From assembly GCA_013239625.1 (NCBI GenBank), contig MU054098.1, forward strand, positions 899,568 to 963,567: a DNA stretch of 64,000 nt, given 5' to 3'. This document shows positions 40,621 to 54,700 of the stretch, one piece after another (position 1 is the first letter of the stretch; every line of letters starts with the position of its first letter). A program made the position numbers and the translations under genes. Source of the stretch: Lama guanicoe (Eukaryota). The notes under the pieces were generated by a model. The model ran no database searches. It saw only the letters and a list, made by a program, of their open reading frames with translations, and was not told the origin of the DNA.

Positions 40621-42228
40621 GTTTTAAACACTGGAAATCATATTATTCCCATTTCTATTTTTAGATATTAATATTATGCTTTTAATTCTTTTAAGCTTAT
40701 AGAAAAAATTGTGATGAACTTACAATGACCGTATAAATAGTCTTGATAACAAACAAATTAAGAAATAAATATCTCCAAAACAGAAAATCCTTTCCATAAA
40801 GGAGGATTGAAAGCTTATTTTCAGGAACATTTGTATTCAGAGGTTAAAATATGGAGTAAGTTCTTCTACTCTCTGTTTTATGTTATCAGTAAGCCTACCC
40901 ACAATAAACCTCTCCTTTGAAATTCAGAGTAATTACTAAGAACAGTGAGTTTTGTTGTGATTTGAAAAACTGGTCAAATAAGGCTTACCCTTAAATCTCC
41001 CAAGTAATCTCAGACATTCAAGACACATATGAAGAAATCCCCAGTGTAGCTTCTGGTAGCTGTAATACCAATAATGTGAGTTTTATACACAAGATCACTA
41101 GTTAAAACCCAAATTTCTCATTTGTGTAACAGTATAAATAAACATTATAGTCTTGAGGAAAATTCTAGGAAGCTTTCACACCCCTCAGTAAAGACAAAGT
41201 AAGCCAAATGCAAATGATGCTCAAAGACACTGACTTTATGCAAGTTCACTTTGAATTACTATCTAGATCAGTTCTTATCTATTTGAGGGTCAGGGACCTT
41301 TTTGAAAATCATAAGAAACCGAGGTCCACCTCCCCAGAAAAGTGTGTGTGTATAATATTGTACATACATTTTTTGCAGTTTCACATACTCCTAAAGCCTG
41401 GATTAAGAACCCTTGGCCTAGAAATAAGTGATGAGTAAATTTGCATTTTCAGCCCCTCTCTCTTGAGTTCCAGATTTTTATTTTCAATTATCTATGGGAA
41501 AACTCTGCCTATGTATACTGGTGTCACCTCAAACTGAACTGTCATACCAAACTTGCCACTTTACGTCACCATTTTTCTTTTCTCAATTAATGTATTCACC
41601 ATCCACCTAGTCACCAAAACTAAAACCTAGGAGTCATCTCAGAACCTCCTCTCTTACATCTCACAGCCAAAACTCACGCAGGGCATTGTACTTTCTAAGT
41701 ACAGCTTCAATCTGTTCCCTCACAGATTGCTGAGACCTCACGGAAGCCTTCATTACATTCTACCTGATCTAGTATAGAGGGCTCTTAAGTTGGCTTTCTG
41801 CCTCAATTCTTCCATAGTCATAATATCCTTCACACTATTGCCAATTATATTTCTAAAACATGAATTTGAATATTGCATTCCCCTTCTGCTGCCTAAAGCA
41901 GTGATTTGTAGAAATAAAATAAAATATAAATCAGCAGACTCCTGTTTGTTTCTCGAGTGAGGTATCTTCTGGAAGTGCAATATATCAAACAGAAAAATGG
42001 GATAAACTTTGTACAAAATATTATTTCCCAAACTTGCCACATTATGACTCTCCCTATGTGTGGAGAGCCTGTTTAACACTTATCAGAGATACACTTCAGT
42101 CTTACCCAGGCATAATTTCTATGGGCAGAACATAGGAATCCATATTGTTTGTAAGTGCCAAATGATTTTCATAAATAGGCAAGTTTGCAAAACACTGATT
42201 GAGTTAGGCATCAAATCTAAGTGATTTA

Positions 42229-42330
42229 GTGGGGAGAGTATAGCTCAAGTGGTAGAGTACATGTTTAGTATGCATGAGGCCCTGGGTTCAATCCCCAGTA
42301 CCACCTCCATAAATAAATAAATCTAATTAC
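42229..42330 (+). mobile_element. tRNA-Ala-derived SINE (camelid Vic-1-like)
   Basis: ggggagagtatagctcaagtggtagagtacatgtttagtatgcatgaggccctgggttcaatccccagtacc; TSD ctaagtgattta at 42217-42228 and 42331-42342. Confidence 0.92.
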
Positions 42331-43684
42331 CTAAGTGATTTAAAATGACACAAAATGGGACATCACAATTTGACCCCAATTTATTTTTCTAACCTTCTTT
42401 CTTTCATGCAGCATTTGCTCCAATCACATCACACTATTCACAATTCTTTGAATTTGCCACAACCCTTTTGGTCGATGCATATCCGGTTTCCTATTTCCAG
42501 AATGCGTTTCCTCATCTTACCCACCTGTTGCCTGTCTTCCTGTCCTTGAAGAACCAAAGCAAAGGTCAGCTTCTCTGTGAAACAGTCCCTGATTCTTTCT
42601 TTATAGAACTTAGCACATTATATATCACAGCTTCTACCATCAGTTTGATGACAAGTACTATGTCTGATCTCTATTTGTGTCTTTAACACATGGCACAATA
42701 CATAATAACCACTCAGTAAACATGTTTTTAATATTGAATTCATAAGTTCATAGATCAATAAATGAATCAATTCGTGAATAAGTGAACAACCTAGGATAGC
42801 AAATATCATACTTAGAAAAGGGAATATAATTATTTGCCAAAAGTAAAACATTGGATTTATATAATTTTGACCACAATGTACTTTAAAATACTTCGATATA
42901 AATCATGTAATGAAAATATGGGTGTGGATCAACATTAATGTATAAACCAGATGCAGTTAGTTAACATCTGGAGTACTCCTTAAAGGGATCCACATTCTTG
43001 TGGATAGTTTCATTCCAAGGATATGCTTCAAGTTTTTCAAGTATTTCTATGTAAATGTACAATGTAGGGTTCTTTAATTAGCATAAGAAATAAGTTTTTA
43101 TTGATGATATTTGAATAGTTCAAAATTTTAGCTGGTCAGAAAGTTGTACAGGAACCTCCACCCTTGTGTACAAGGATCTGGAAGTCTCAGCCAACTAACA
43201 ACTTCAAAGAAACTCACTAACCTAAGACACTGGACCACCAGCCAATCCTCTATCTCCAGCCTCCATACTTAATATGGGAATCTGTTGTCTGATGCAATTA
43301 GAAGATTTGCTGATTCTGCCATCAGAACATTGGTGCATCTATTTTTTTTTAAATGAAGTATAGTCAGTTTACAATGTTGTGTCAACTTCTGGTGTACAGC
43401 ATAATGTTCAGTCATACATATACGTACATGTATTCATTTTCATACTCTTTGTCATTATAGATTACTACAAGATAAAGTGAAACCTCCATCACTCATGCAA
43501 AGCGTTGTCTAAGTAAGGAGATAAATGATGAAGACTTCAAATAATACAGAAGAACCAATTGTATGACTTTTTTTTTTTTTTTTATAGGTTGTGGCAGAAT
43601 TCAGCCTGGTACTAGCTTTCATTGTAATGTACCATCTGGTAGTGAGGTCATCAGCAGACTACATATAACTCGTACCTATATGTT

Positions 43685-44678
43685 CCCTACAACTTTTATT
43701 TTGAAAAATACTGAACCTATGCAAAAGTTGCAGGAATAATACAATGAATTACCACATACCCTTCACCTAGATTTACTAATTACTAACATAAGATGATTTC
43801 ACACTTGTGCATGCTCTCTTTCTCTCTCTCTTTCTGTATGTGTGTGTTCCCAAACCACCAAATGTATTTCATGCTTACTTTGAGATTATGTTGTCTGTTT
43901 TATAACAATGCACTCCTAAATTCTTCAACATGTAACCTCTCAGAACAAGGACATGCATAAACACAGTATAATAATCACACTCAAAAACTTTAACATTAAT
44001 ATAATACTATTGTCTAATATACAAGCCATACCTATGTTTCCTCAATTGTCCCTTATAGGTGTTTACTTCTGGATTCAGAATCCAATCAAAGAAGTTTTGA
44101 CATGCCTCTTTAGCTTTTTCAAATCTAGAATAATTCCCTAGCCATTTTCTCTTTTAATTTGTTTTTCATGAAACTGACATTTTTGAGGAGTCCAGACCAG
44201 TTGTTTTGTATATTGTTTATCAATTGGGACTAGTCTGATTGTTCCTTCATGATCAGATTTAGTATGAACATTTTTGACAGAAATAGAAGACACGTAGAAG
44301 ATGTTTCATCCTCCTTAGTACATCACATCGGGAAGTAATTATGTCCATTATTGGTAATAATAAGTTTGATTACTTGGTTAACATGGTGTCCAACAGATTT
44401 CTCTTATAGAAGTAGTGTTCTCCTTTGTAATTATTAAGTAATCTGTCAGGTAATACTTGTAGACTATGTGAACGTTTTGTTCTTCAAGCCTTTGTCCATT
44501 GATAACTTGAATTCTTGACTGAAGCAATTATTACTGTGCTGTTTGTAAAATGTTGGTTTTCCAATTCTGTGTTTTTACATTAGAATTTTCTATAAAGAAG
44601 AACTTCCCCCTACTCCCCTTTCATAATGTCACTATATATTCATGAGTTGTTTATTCAATGTATTTCAACCCATTGCTG

Positions 44679-44715
<37 letters not shown>

Positions 44716-47700
44716 AGTATAGTTGACTTATAATGTGTTAGTTTCTGGTGTACAGAATAGTGATTCAGTCACATATATATATATATGTGTATATATACAG
44801 ATATATATATATATATATATTCTTTTTCATTATAGTTATTACAAGGTATCGAATATAGTTTCCTGTGCTATACCATAGGACCTTGTTGTTTATCCATTTT
44901 ATGTATGGTAGTTTGTATCTGTTAATCCAAAGCTCCTAATTTTTCCCTCCCCTTCTTTTCCCTTTTGGTAACCATGAGTCTGTTTCTGTTTTGTAAATAA
45001 GTTCATTTGTATCCTTCTTTTAGATTTCACATATTCATGTGATATTTGTTTTTCTCTGACTTACTTCACTTAGTATGATAACCTCTAGGTCCATCCATGT
45101 TGCTGTAAATGGCGTTATTTTATTCATTTTAATGACTAAGTAGTATTCCATTGTATATATACACCACAACTTCTTTATCCAGTCATCTGTTGATGGATAT
45201 CTAGGCTGTTTCCATGTCTTGGCTATTGTAAATAGTGCTGCTATGAACAATGGGGTGCATGTATATTTTTGAATTAAGGTTCTCTGTGGATATATGCCTG
45301 GGAGTAGTATTGCTGGATCATATGGTAAGTCTGTTTTTCGTCTTTTGAGGAATCTCCATACTGTTTCCCACAGTGGCTGCACCAAACTGCTTTCCCACCA
45401 GCAGTGTAGGAGGGTTCCCTTTTCTCCACATCCCCTCCAGCATTTATGATTTGTGGACTTTTGAATGATGGCCATTCTGACTGGTGTGAGTTGATACCTC
45501 ATTGTAGTTTTGATTTGCATTTTTCTGATAAACAGCGATAGTGAGCATCTTTTTGTGTGCCTATTGGCCATTTGTATGTCTTCATTGGAGAAATGTCTGT
45601 TTAGGTCTTCTGCCCATTTTTGGATTGGTTTTGTTGCTGTTATTGAGCCGTATGAGCTGTTTATATATTCTGGAAGTTAAACCCTTGCCAGTCACATTAT
45701 TTGCAATTATTTTCTCCTGGCACATAAGTTGTATTTTGTTTATGGTTTCCTTTGCTGCACAAAAGCTTATTAGTTTAATTAGGTCCCATTTGTTTATTTT
45801 GGCTTTTATTTCTGTTGTTTTGGTAGACTGACTACAAAAACATTGCTATGATTTATGTCAGAGAATGTTTTGCCTATATTCTCTTCTAGAAGATTTATGG
45901 TGTCCTGTTTTATGTTTAAGTCTTTAAGCCATTTTGAGTTTCTTTTTGTGTATGGTGTGAGGGAGTGTTCTAACTTCATTGATTTACATGCGGCATAACT
46001 TTGTAGTATTGTCTGAAGTCTGGGAGGGTTATTCCTCCAGCTTCGTCCTTTTTCTTCAGTATTGCTTTCACAATTCTGGGTCTTTTGTGATTCCATATAA
46101 ATTTTAGGATTATTTGTTCTAGTTCTGTGAAAAATGTCCTGGGTAATCTGATAGGTATCACATCAAATCTGTAGATTTCTTTGGGTAGTATGGCCTTTTA
46201 ACAATATTAATTCTTCCAGTCCAAGAGCATGGGATATTGTTCCATTTCTTTAAATCATTTTTAATTTCTTTTATTAATGTTTTATAGTTCTCAGTGTGTA
46301 AGTCTTTCACCTCCTTGGTCGGGTTTATTCCTATTATTATTATTTTAATGGTAAAATTGTTGCAAAAATGATCCAGTGGATTCCTCTTCATATTGGTCCT
46401 CATTTCATTTTGATATCTCTCCTTTCGTAATTCAAAAAGATACTACTAGCTCACCTTATGCTTTCCCTCCCCAGACCTGAAATCAGTTATTTCTCCAAGG
46501 AGTCATGTTTCTTTTTAGTAACACTTTAGTAACATATAGTAACATTTAGAAACCAAGATATGAGCAATAAGTGTTCTTATTGCTCCTGGGATATCATTGC
46601 TTCTAAGACCTTATATTGGGCAAGGCTTTTAACTCATGAGTTCATACTCTAGTTATAATCCAATATCAGAGGGTTCTTCTACATTGCCATTCCATATTTG
46701 TATTTTTTTCCACCTTTAGAGGCCTGTTTCCACCAAAATATTAACATATTCAGTCATTTGCTCAATTTTATAGTTTGCACAAAATAGTTTTATGATTACT
46801 ACTGCATACCACTGCCAACAAAAAACCTAAGTAAAGTTCTTGATGTCTTTGCAGTTTTTGATTCCTTAGAATATATTCCAGTGAGGATGTATAGTCAGAG
46901 TAATATATTCAAATGTTACTTGGTTTAATTCTGTGTGTGGTTTTGTAATTAATTTGATTAATAATTACATCCATTTACTTATCTTTGATTTTAACTTTTT
47001 TCTACTCTTGCTAATTAAATTTCATTTTTTGAATATGTAAATTATTCACACGACTTGAAAACCAAAACTACATGTTAACAAGATACTCGAAGAAGTCTCA
47101 TTCTCTTCTCTATTGCTCTTACACTGTCACTACCCATATGCTGAGGGTGCCAATTTAATTCGTTTCTGGTTTGTCTTTCCTGTGTCTCTTTTTGTGAGAA
47201 ATATGACAGACACTTCATATTCTCCCTTCTTTCTTACACAAAATATAATGCACACTACACAGTCTTTTGTAACTTGTTTCTTTCACTTAATGACATATTC
47301 TGGAAAGTACTCAATTGATATTTTCTTTTTTTTTTGTAGCTTAGATGTAGCATATTTTATTCAATTAATCTTCCAAATGTGGGCATTTAGGTTCTTTCCA
47401 ATATGTTATGATTATAAATAATGCCACAGTGAATAAAATTGTGCATATGTCTTTTCCCCCAAATCAATGGAGAAATGCCTAGAAGTGGGTTGTTGATTCA
47501 AAGGGCAAATATATAGTTACTTCTGTTAGCTGTTGCTGAATTTACCATCATAGGATTTGCACCATTTTGCATTCCCATTGGCAATATGAGAGTGAACATT
47601 TCCCATGACCTTGTCAACAAGCTTACTGTTAAGCTTTTGAATTTTTGCCAAACAACTAAGAGGTGCGAAATGTTATTCAGTAGAGCTTCGGTTTGCTTTT

Positions 47701-47870
47701 TTTTTTTTATCAGTGGAGTTTACCATATTTTTGTAAGTCTAAGGCTAATTGTTACATCTTTTGAATGAACTGTCTGTTCATGCCTTTTGTCCATTTCCTC
47801 TTAATTGGGTTTTTGGTGGTTTTCTCAATTTTTATGTTGTGAGATTGGCCCTTTATCTTATATCTCACCT
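43685..47870 (-). mobile_element. Old L1M 3' region containing a younger camelid-type L1 (~44690-46335)
   Basis: Younger L1 peptides 45035-45571 ([19 protein letters not shown]) and 45806-46403; old L1MC/ME-type 3'UTR motifs on both flanks. Confidence 0.9.
44681..44820. repeat. (ATT)n and (TA)n microsatellites in the L1 tail
   Basis: (att)~11 at 44681-44713; interrupted (ta)n at 44773-44820. Confidence 0.95.
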
Positions 47871-48084
47871 TTCCTTTGTTGTCCAATGCAATAAAATATC
47901 AAAAGTATTATTATGAATCGCCTAATTTGCTTAGGCTGATACACAGCAAGTTAATTTACTGATTCTAGCACACTGTAACTTGAGTCTTCTGACTCAAACA
48001 AGAGGTGGAGAGTTCAAGTGGACTTATGAAGATAACCATAATTTAAGTCCTCAGTTGCTTATCTCTCTTGCGGACAGATGTTTC

Positions 48085-48400
48085 TCACAGCTTAGAAGCT
48101 TTTCAATTTTAGGAAGGTAATAGGTGCATATGATGTATATTATGTCACATCACCCATTGGATATGGGATAGCACCACATAATCAAATACATAAATATTTC
48201 TGAAATAAGACTTAGGAATATTTATACTAGATGGAATAAATAAAAACCATAAATAGACTCACATCAGCTCAGGTCAGGTTTTGTGGTCAGATTAGTTTAG
48301 GTAGTATTAAGTTTTGCCACCAATGCTTTGTGAATAAAACTTGTAGTTTCCAGAGCTTTTATTGATTTTGAAATTGTGTATAACAGATTGCAGACCTATA
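48085..48400 (-). mobile_element. MER46C-like TcMar-Tigger non-autonomous element
   Basis: Minus start aggtctgcaatctgttatacacaatttcaaaatcaataaaagctctggaaac resembles the MER46C terminus; internal 'aggtcaggttttg' and 'aatcaaatacataaatatttctg'. Confidence 0.65.
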
Positions 48401-50050
48401 ACTCGTTAAGCCAATCATTTTTGTGTATTGTTTATTTGAGAAAGTTGTGTATTATTAAATAAAGCTTTAAGAGAATCATTAAAAATTTAAGTAAAATGTC
48501 TTTTTAAAAAAATTATAAAGACAGATTATTTATACTAGGCTGACAATATTAAATAACTTCCTTAAACTTCACAATCCTACCTAATCAATATGAATGTGGA
48601 ATTAGGTTCACTGCTTAGAAATCTGAAATTGCATAATTTTTTTTCTTATTCGGGCCACTTTAATGTGAGTTTTTAAAAAGATATATAAATAACTTTCTTC
48701 CCTTTCCTCCCAAATTGTATATTTGGTTATTATATACATATATATATATATGTATTATTTGGTTATTTGCCTATTATTTTTGTCCCTTAACAGTTATTTC
48801 ATTCACAACTGTATCTCCAGTAATACAAAGGGTAGTGTTACTTTACCTTTTACTTTGCCGCAATTCAGATTTTTCTAGAAATAAACTCATTAATCTAGAG
48901 AGAGTGAATACATACTTCCCTTGCAATAAGTTAGCTTTGCTTGAACAGGTGGAAGTTATTTATCTCAAGATGTCATTACTTCATGTCCTCCCCCCGCCAA
49001 CTAAAATTACATCATTATAGAAAAATTAAAACACCAACTTCTCTCATATTTTGATTCTGTCTTAAATACGCTGAACTGCCTTTGCTTAATAACATACTTT
49101 TTTCCCCTTTTAAAATATTTGCTTTATTTTTCAGATTATAAAACATGTTTATGACAGATCATTCAGAAAAAATTGAAGACTATTTGGAAAGTAAGGAAAA
49201 ATAGGAAGAAAAGAAAATAATCCACAGGTTCACTCCTCAACAATTCATAATGTTTTAGTATATTTTCCTCTAGTCATTCTTCTAAGCATAGTATTTTTAA
49301 ATATACCATATAAACATCTAAAATCTTGTTTTCTAACCATTTACACTATAAATATGTTCTGTATTATATAAAATTTTAATGAACATAATTTAAAATAAAG
49401 ACATAATATTCCATCACATGGAAACATCAAAAATTTCTTAATTTTCCCCGATTATCAGACATTTTAGTTGTCTCTGATATTCATATATTATAATGCTTTA
49501 AGGAACAGACTATAAATATTTTTTTCTGTTCTTGGCATTGTTGGCTTAGATAGTCTCCCAGGTATGAAATTACTGGGTCAAATAGTAGGACTATATATAG
49601 GCAAGTTAGACATTCTTATGAAATCTTTCCATAAAGCTAGGGAATCTGATAGATACCTAGCCTGATGAAGTCATTTTAAATCCCAAAAGTATCTTATAAA
49701 GTGAGCCTAGAAATATATCCAAGAGGAGCTCCATTACCCACTTGCAATATATGGCTTTTGTTCTGAACTACTAATTATACCTTTTGATTTTGAAATTGAG
49801 GTAGTTCTAGTGAAGCAATGAACGAATATGAATGCTTGTCTTTAAGAATATACTAACAAATTGCCAAAGAGATGTCTTCATCATATTTGCATGTAGTAGT
49901 TTCAACTTACTCCTTATTTCACTGATACAGTCATTGCATGGTGTCTCAAAACAGCTATATTTCACTTTTTACTGACTTAATTCTCAAATTACTTGAATTC
50001 TCTGTAGGGGTTCTGAAAATACAGCGGCATTTTGGCTTATTGTTGCACAT

Positions 50051-50083
50051 TTGCCATCTAGTGGCTAAAGTGGGAAATTGCAG
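50051..50083 (-). promoter_or_regulatory. Predicted CTCF binding site (core plus upstream module)
   Basis: Minus strand ctgcaatttcccactttaGCCACTAGATGGCAa: core CCACTAGATGGCA plus the TGCAAT-type upstream motif at canonical spacing. Confidence 0.7.
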
Positions 50084-52329
50084 ACTTACACCCTCAGATG
50101 GGAGAAGAGGACAATATGAGCCTGCTTTTCCCCAAGAAATCCCTAGTGGTGGAAGGCACAAACTGTCAATAATACTTACTAGGGGTGGGTACGATTGCTT
50201 TATAGGGTATACACATCTTCAGTTAGGAGAAGAGCCCACTCTAGAGGAGGTAAGGCTCAGAGAATAGCATACAGAGCTTTTCTCCAGCAAATGCCATCTC
50301 AACATCTCTATCCCTAAGCACACACTCTTCTCAGTGAAATTAGGTTTCAAGGGATATTAAAGGCAGCTGTGAAGTGTAAAACAAATCATCAAGGACACCA
50401 TGGTGTTCTGTATGGAAGGAAGGAAGGGCACCTCGCTTGCTTTGCTTTGGCTACTACATATTTACTCGATGACTGTTTTAAGATGAGCCCAGATCGTTTA
50501 TTTACCCTCTTATAAAGCTTCCTCCTTTCTCTCTCTTTGTAGTCTATTTATGTTCATTTCTAGTCAGGTAGAATGTGTGGCTAAAAAAGAACATTTGCCC
50601 AGATTTACTCTTCCTTAGAATTACATAATGTATCTGGTAACTTTCTGCTCTTTAGCATTTTCCCAATTATCCCAACCTAATGGAATGACATACTACTGAG
50701 AACATGGGCCATGCAAATTATATGACATTCTCTCTCTAAAGATATCCAAATGCTCAGATTTGGAGGGTAAATATAGTAATTAAAGGCAAGGAGGTAGATG
50801 AAGTAAATGAAGTAAATAAAGGGATGGAGTATGTGAAAAATGCTAAGAGCTGAACTGATGTCCACATTTGTCAGGAATTTTCTCTCACCTTCAGGCATTC
50901 AGGATTTGGGAAAGGTGAAGAAAATATTAAAAGGGGGGGAAGTTAGAAGTACTGAAATATTTCAATAACAGCAGATTTATTAAGCAATATTGAGCTTGAA
51001 CCGTTTTGGGGTAACCGGATAAACATGCCCTTTACATAAATTTACAAACAGTGAAAAAAAAACACTAAGGTGGGCAAATGTGGAAGTCCTCACATGCCTA
51101 CCTCAAAATCTTTTGATGTATGTATTCCAAAATCATTCAGTCATGCATTTATTTATTCGACAAGCAACTTACTAAGTGTACTTCAAAATGAAAACCAAAA
51201 CATACACCTTTTGACTCAGCAAACCCATTGTTTAGAAGTTACTCCATTATACTCACAAAAGTATGATAAGATATGATTGTCAGTATGTTCACTGAACATT
51301 GTTTGAAATACCAAGAAAACTGTAAATGAGTCATCAAGATGGTGGTTAGACTAATTAAACAAATTAAAGATAAAACCAAATTCATCAGTACAATGGAATA
51401 GTATGCCTCCATTAAAAAGAATGGAGCAGAGTTCTGTATGCTGGTATAGAAAGCTCTTTACATGGTAAAAAGTGAAAGCTAGGCAATTAATACAATAATG
51501 TTTTATACATAGGAAGTATATACACAAATCCAAATATAACCATATGGTGTCAGGCATTCATTATGATAATTTCCCACTGCTGGAATTTACTTAAAAGTCC
51601 AAGAACTAAAACCAAAACAAAGCCCTATTGAATACGATTATAGAATTCTTCAAGGCTATTAAAGCCTAGTATACAAAAGTCTGGTCTGTGGTGTGTTTAC
51701 CCCATCTGTACCGTCTTTGAAAATGGAGCAATAAAAAGAAATACCAGGTATAAATTATTACTTTTTTGAATGAAGCATATTTCAAGTTAATCATTCTGGA
51801 AGCATGGTAACATTTTGATGTGATGAACTAGGATCTGTTTTTAGCACTCAAAATGAGGCCCAAATTCAGGTGCTGGAGTTTGCAGCCAACATCCTCTTAT
51901 CAGACTCTTGAACTTCTTCACTTGAGTGCCTGATTCCATTATGTTGCTTATGCTCACTACAGATAATATTCATTGAAGGAAATTGAGTGCATAACACTTA
52001 CTGACTGCTCATTTAGTCATATGCATATGCTAAATACTTGATCTTCACAACTATCCTATGAGGTAGGTACTAGTATGATTCTCACTTTACAAATGAGAAA
52101 ACATTTTGATGCCCTCCTAGTGGTGACTTCTCCGAGCTTTACAACCATGACCTGGACTCACTTGCCTCTTCTATTTTTTAAATGTCCCTGCCTGTCCTGT
52201 GCATCATTCCTTCAGGAGCATGTAGATTTTTTCAAAGGTGATACTCTGTATAGTTATTTATGCTTGATTGGAGGCTAACATGTTACCTTCTTTGAGAATA
52301 TTTACTTATTTAACAGAAGGTTTTGCAGA

Positions 52330-54700
52330 CATAGCATATATTCAGTTACTTATTAATTGATCAATTTACATGATAGGTACTAGAGATGTCCATTCTCCTG
52401 GAGCCTACAGTTTTGTGGAGCATATAGACATTAATCAAATAATCCACAGAATCATATAACATTTTTATTGAAATGTGTCAGTTTCCGGCATACAGCATCA
52501 TGTTTCATTCATACATATACATGCATATATTCGGTTTCATATTCTTTTTTATTATAGGCTATTACAAGGTGTTGAATATAGTTCCCTGTGCTATACAGTA
52601 GGTCCTTGTTGTTTTTCTATTTTATATATAGTAGTTAGTATCTGCCAATCTCGAACTCCCAAGAAGTGTGTAACTTTAAAGTCTGATTTTACTTATAAAA
52701 TAAAAGGTTGATCAGTGCCAGTCTGGCAGATTAGATAGGGCTTTCCTGAAGAAGTAAAGTTTATCTCAATATATGAAGGACAAGGAGGAGTTAACTAAAC
52801 AAATTGGGGAGGAGATATTTCTGTCTTGAGAACAGCAAGGGAAAAGACTCAGGGGTGGCCGGGAGTCTAGTGATCCAAGAAGAAAGAAGGCCTGAATGGC
52901 TAACATGTTGAGCAAGGAGACCAGAAAGGTAGGCAGAGACCAAAAGCCATATGTAACCTGGGAGAAATAAACAGAAAATCAAGCAATTACATAGATAATT
53001 AAAAACCATGGTGTTAAGTACCATAAATGAGGTAAATAATAAGGGAATATGTAAGGGAAAACTCTAAAACATGCTTTGAGATTCAGGAGAGACTTCCCAG
53101 AAGTGGGAGCTGTGAACAATGACTAGACATTAGCTAGAAGAAGTGTGGTTGGTGGTTTATAGTGTCCAGGGCAGAGGAACCACAAAGGCCTGGATGTGAG
53201 AGAGCATGGGAAGTCTAAGGAACTGAGAGTGGCCTTATTATAATGAAGATTTGGAATGTTGACTTTGGCTGACAGTGGGGGAAGATGATGGGGACAGTAG
53301 TGGATGTAGAGAAAATGCTACTGGAGTCATTCTGGCTGAAACAAGATGAACAAAGGCAGTGGGAGCAGGGGAAGCAAATGAGGGACAGATTGTATAGATA
53401 AGAAACGGGAAAAATGACTGCTTGGTGAATCATTGTGGAGGAAGGGTATGAAGACAAAAAAAGCCAGGTTACTTCTTACTGGGGTCACTGGGTACCTTAA
53501 AATGCCATTCATTGTGTTATAATGAACAAGGAACCAAATAAGGAGTAAGAGTCGAAGGAATTGAATTTGGGGCATGTTAAGTGTTATGCATCTATAGAGC
53601 ACTCATGAACATGTCTGCTTGAGAGATGTGTACTTGCCTCTGTAACTGAGAATAGATATGTAGGCTGAAGTTAAAGGTTAGGACATCATCAGTATATTGA
53701 CGGTGTGGAAATGAAGAGTATGCAGAAAAAAGAGGGTTTAGAATGCACTTTCAAAAACAATAGCATTTAAGGGAAGGGAAGAAAATGAGGAGCCCATGAA
53801 CGTGATGAAGCAACTAGAGGAGGAAAAACTAGGAGAACGTGATCTCTTTAGATCATATAATCTAAAGAAGGCATTGTAAGGACAGAATGATCAACGCTGA
53901 CAGATACAACAGAGAAGTCAAAAGAGGTAAATGTAAAGAAGTATCCATTAGGTACACGACAAAGAATTTCTAGGTGACCTTTGTATAGGCAATTTTTTCA
54001 TGGAAGTAGCTGAAGCCAGGGTTAGTGGGATTAAGAATAAGTAGGAGGCAACTTAGTTAAGACGTTGAGAATAGATAACCCAGTCATCAAGTTAGGTTGT
54101 AAAAATTATGAGACTGTGGAGTGAGTGAAATTTCTTCCTTTCTCTCTCCCTGCCTCCCTCCCTTCCTTCTTTCCTTCTTTTCCTGCCAGTTCCTTTCTCT
54201 TTCTCTCTTCCTTCCTTTTTTTTTTCTTGCTTTCTTGACCACCTTTTCCTTTTTTTCCCCCTGAATGAGGGAATGAATTGGAGGCAGATTATAGGCGAAA
54301 AGATTATTGTTACAAAGGATATGGGATACTGCTTTGATGCTAAAAAGTGAGGAGGAGGAAGACATACTAATAATATTCTAGAACTCATGGTAATACCTTA
54401 GTGGAATATCTTTCTTATATTTTTTGTATGTTTTCTTAATCTAATCAAAGAGCGGGGAGGGGTGATGGTCATAGGCGGTGAAGCAGAGATTCCAGGATAA
54501 TGGAGAATAGCCACTGTGGAGGATGGGAGAGAGAGGATGAGGGAAATAGAAGTGTCTGGTAGCATTTATGGCCCAATTTAGTTTGGAGACTATAAACCTG
54601 TATTGGAAGCAGGTGGTATGGTTGTGTGAGTCTTATCTCATGTTTAGCAATCAGAAGATACTACAGAGAATATTAAGTTAGACCCGGGTATGGAGATAAC
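52330..54700. mobile_element. L2 remnant with nested L1 3' fragment (~52460-52660) and a pyrimidine-rich tract (~54130-54260)
   Basis: L2 motifs 'ttctcctggagcctacagttttgtgg', 'agggctttcctgaagaagt' and 'gaatttggggcatgttaagtgt'. Confidence 0.7.

Larger units (their letters stand above)
40800..51620 (-). mobile_element. Ancient RTE-X/L4-like LINE ORF2 remnant, copy D (near full length), split by L1s, MER46C, L2, SINE and MERs
   Basis: Ordered motifs: SSWTF (~51593-51608, cf. LSWNI), LLAFNYYIYPPNLSIWISLERE (ORF 50677-50898, cf. LIINVYIPP..WxxLE), GVLDDLFYTSQL (50364-50399, cf. SVIDY), SCFETPCNDCISEIR (49912-49956, cf. PWFDxEC), EVGVLIFL..GEDM (48982-49041, cf. EVxxLIxxL..GxD), LQCARISKLT (~47950-47980), SADDLT (43641-43658), ILSMEAG..WLRL (~43180-43275), EGCESFLEFSSRL*C (~41143-41187). 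Confidence 0.7.

Noticed and set aside
45035..45571. Longest ORF (178 aa) as a host gene
   Set aside because: It is the C-terminus of L1 ORF2 in a truncated, frameshifted copy
49911..50013. ~102-bp minus segment with a good acceptor and a GA|gtaagt donor
   Set aside because: Stops in all three frames and overlap with the WFDxEC-like LINE motif; a non-coding exon cannot be excluded without RNA data
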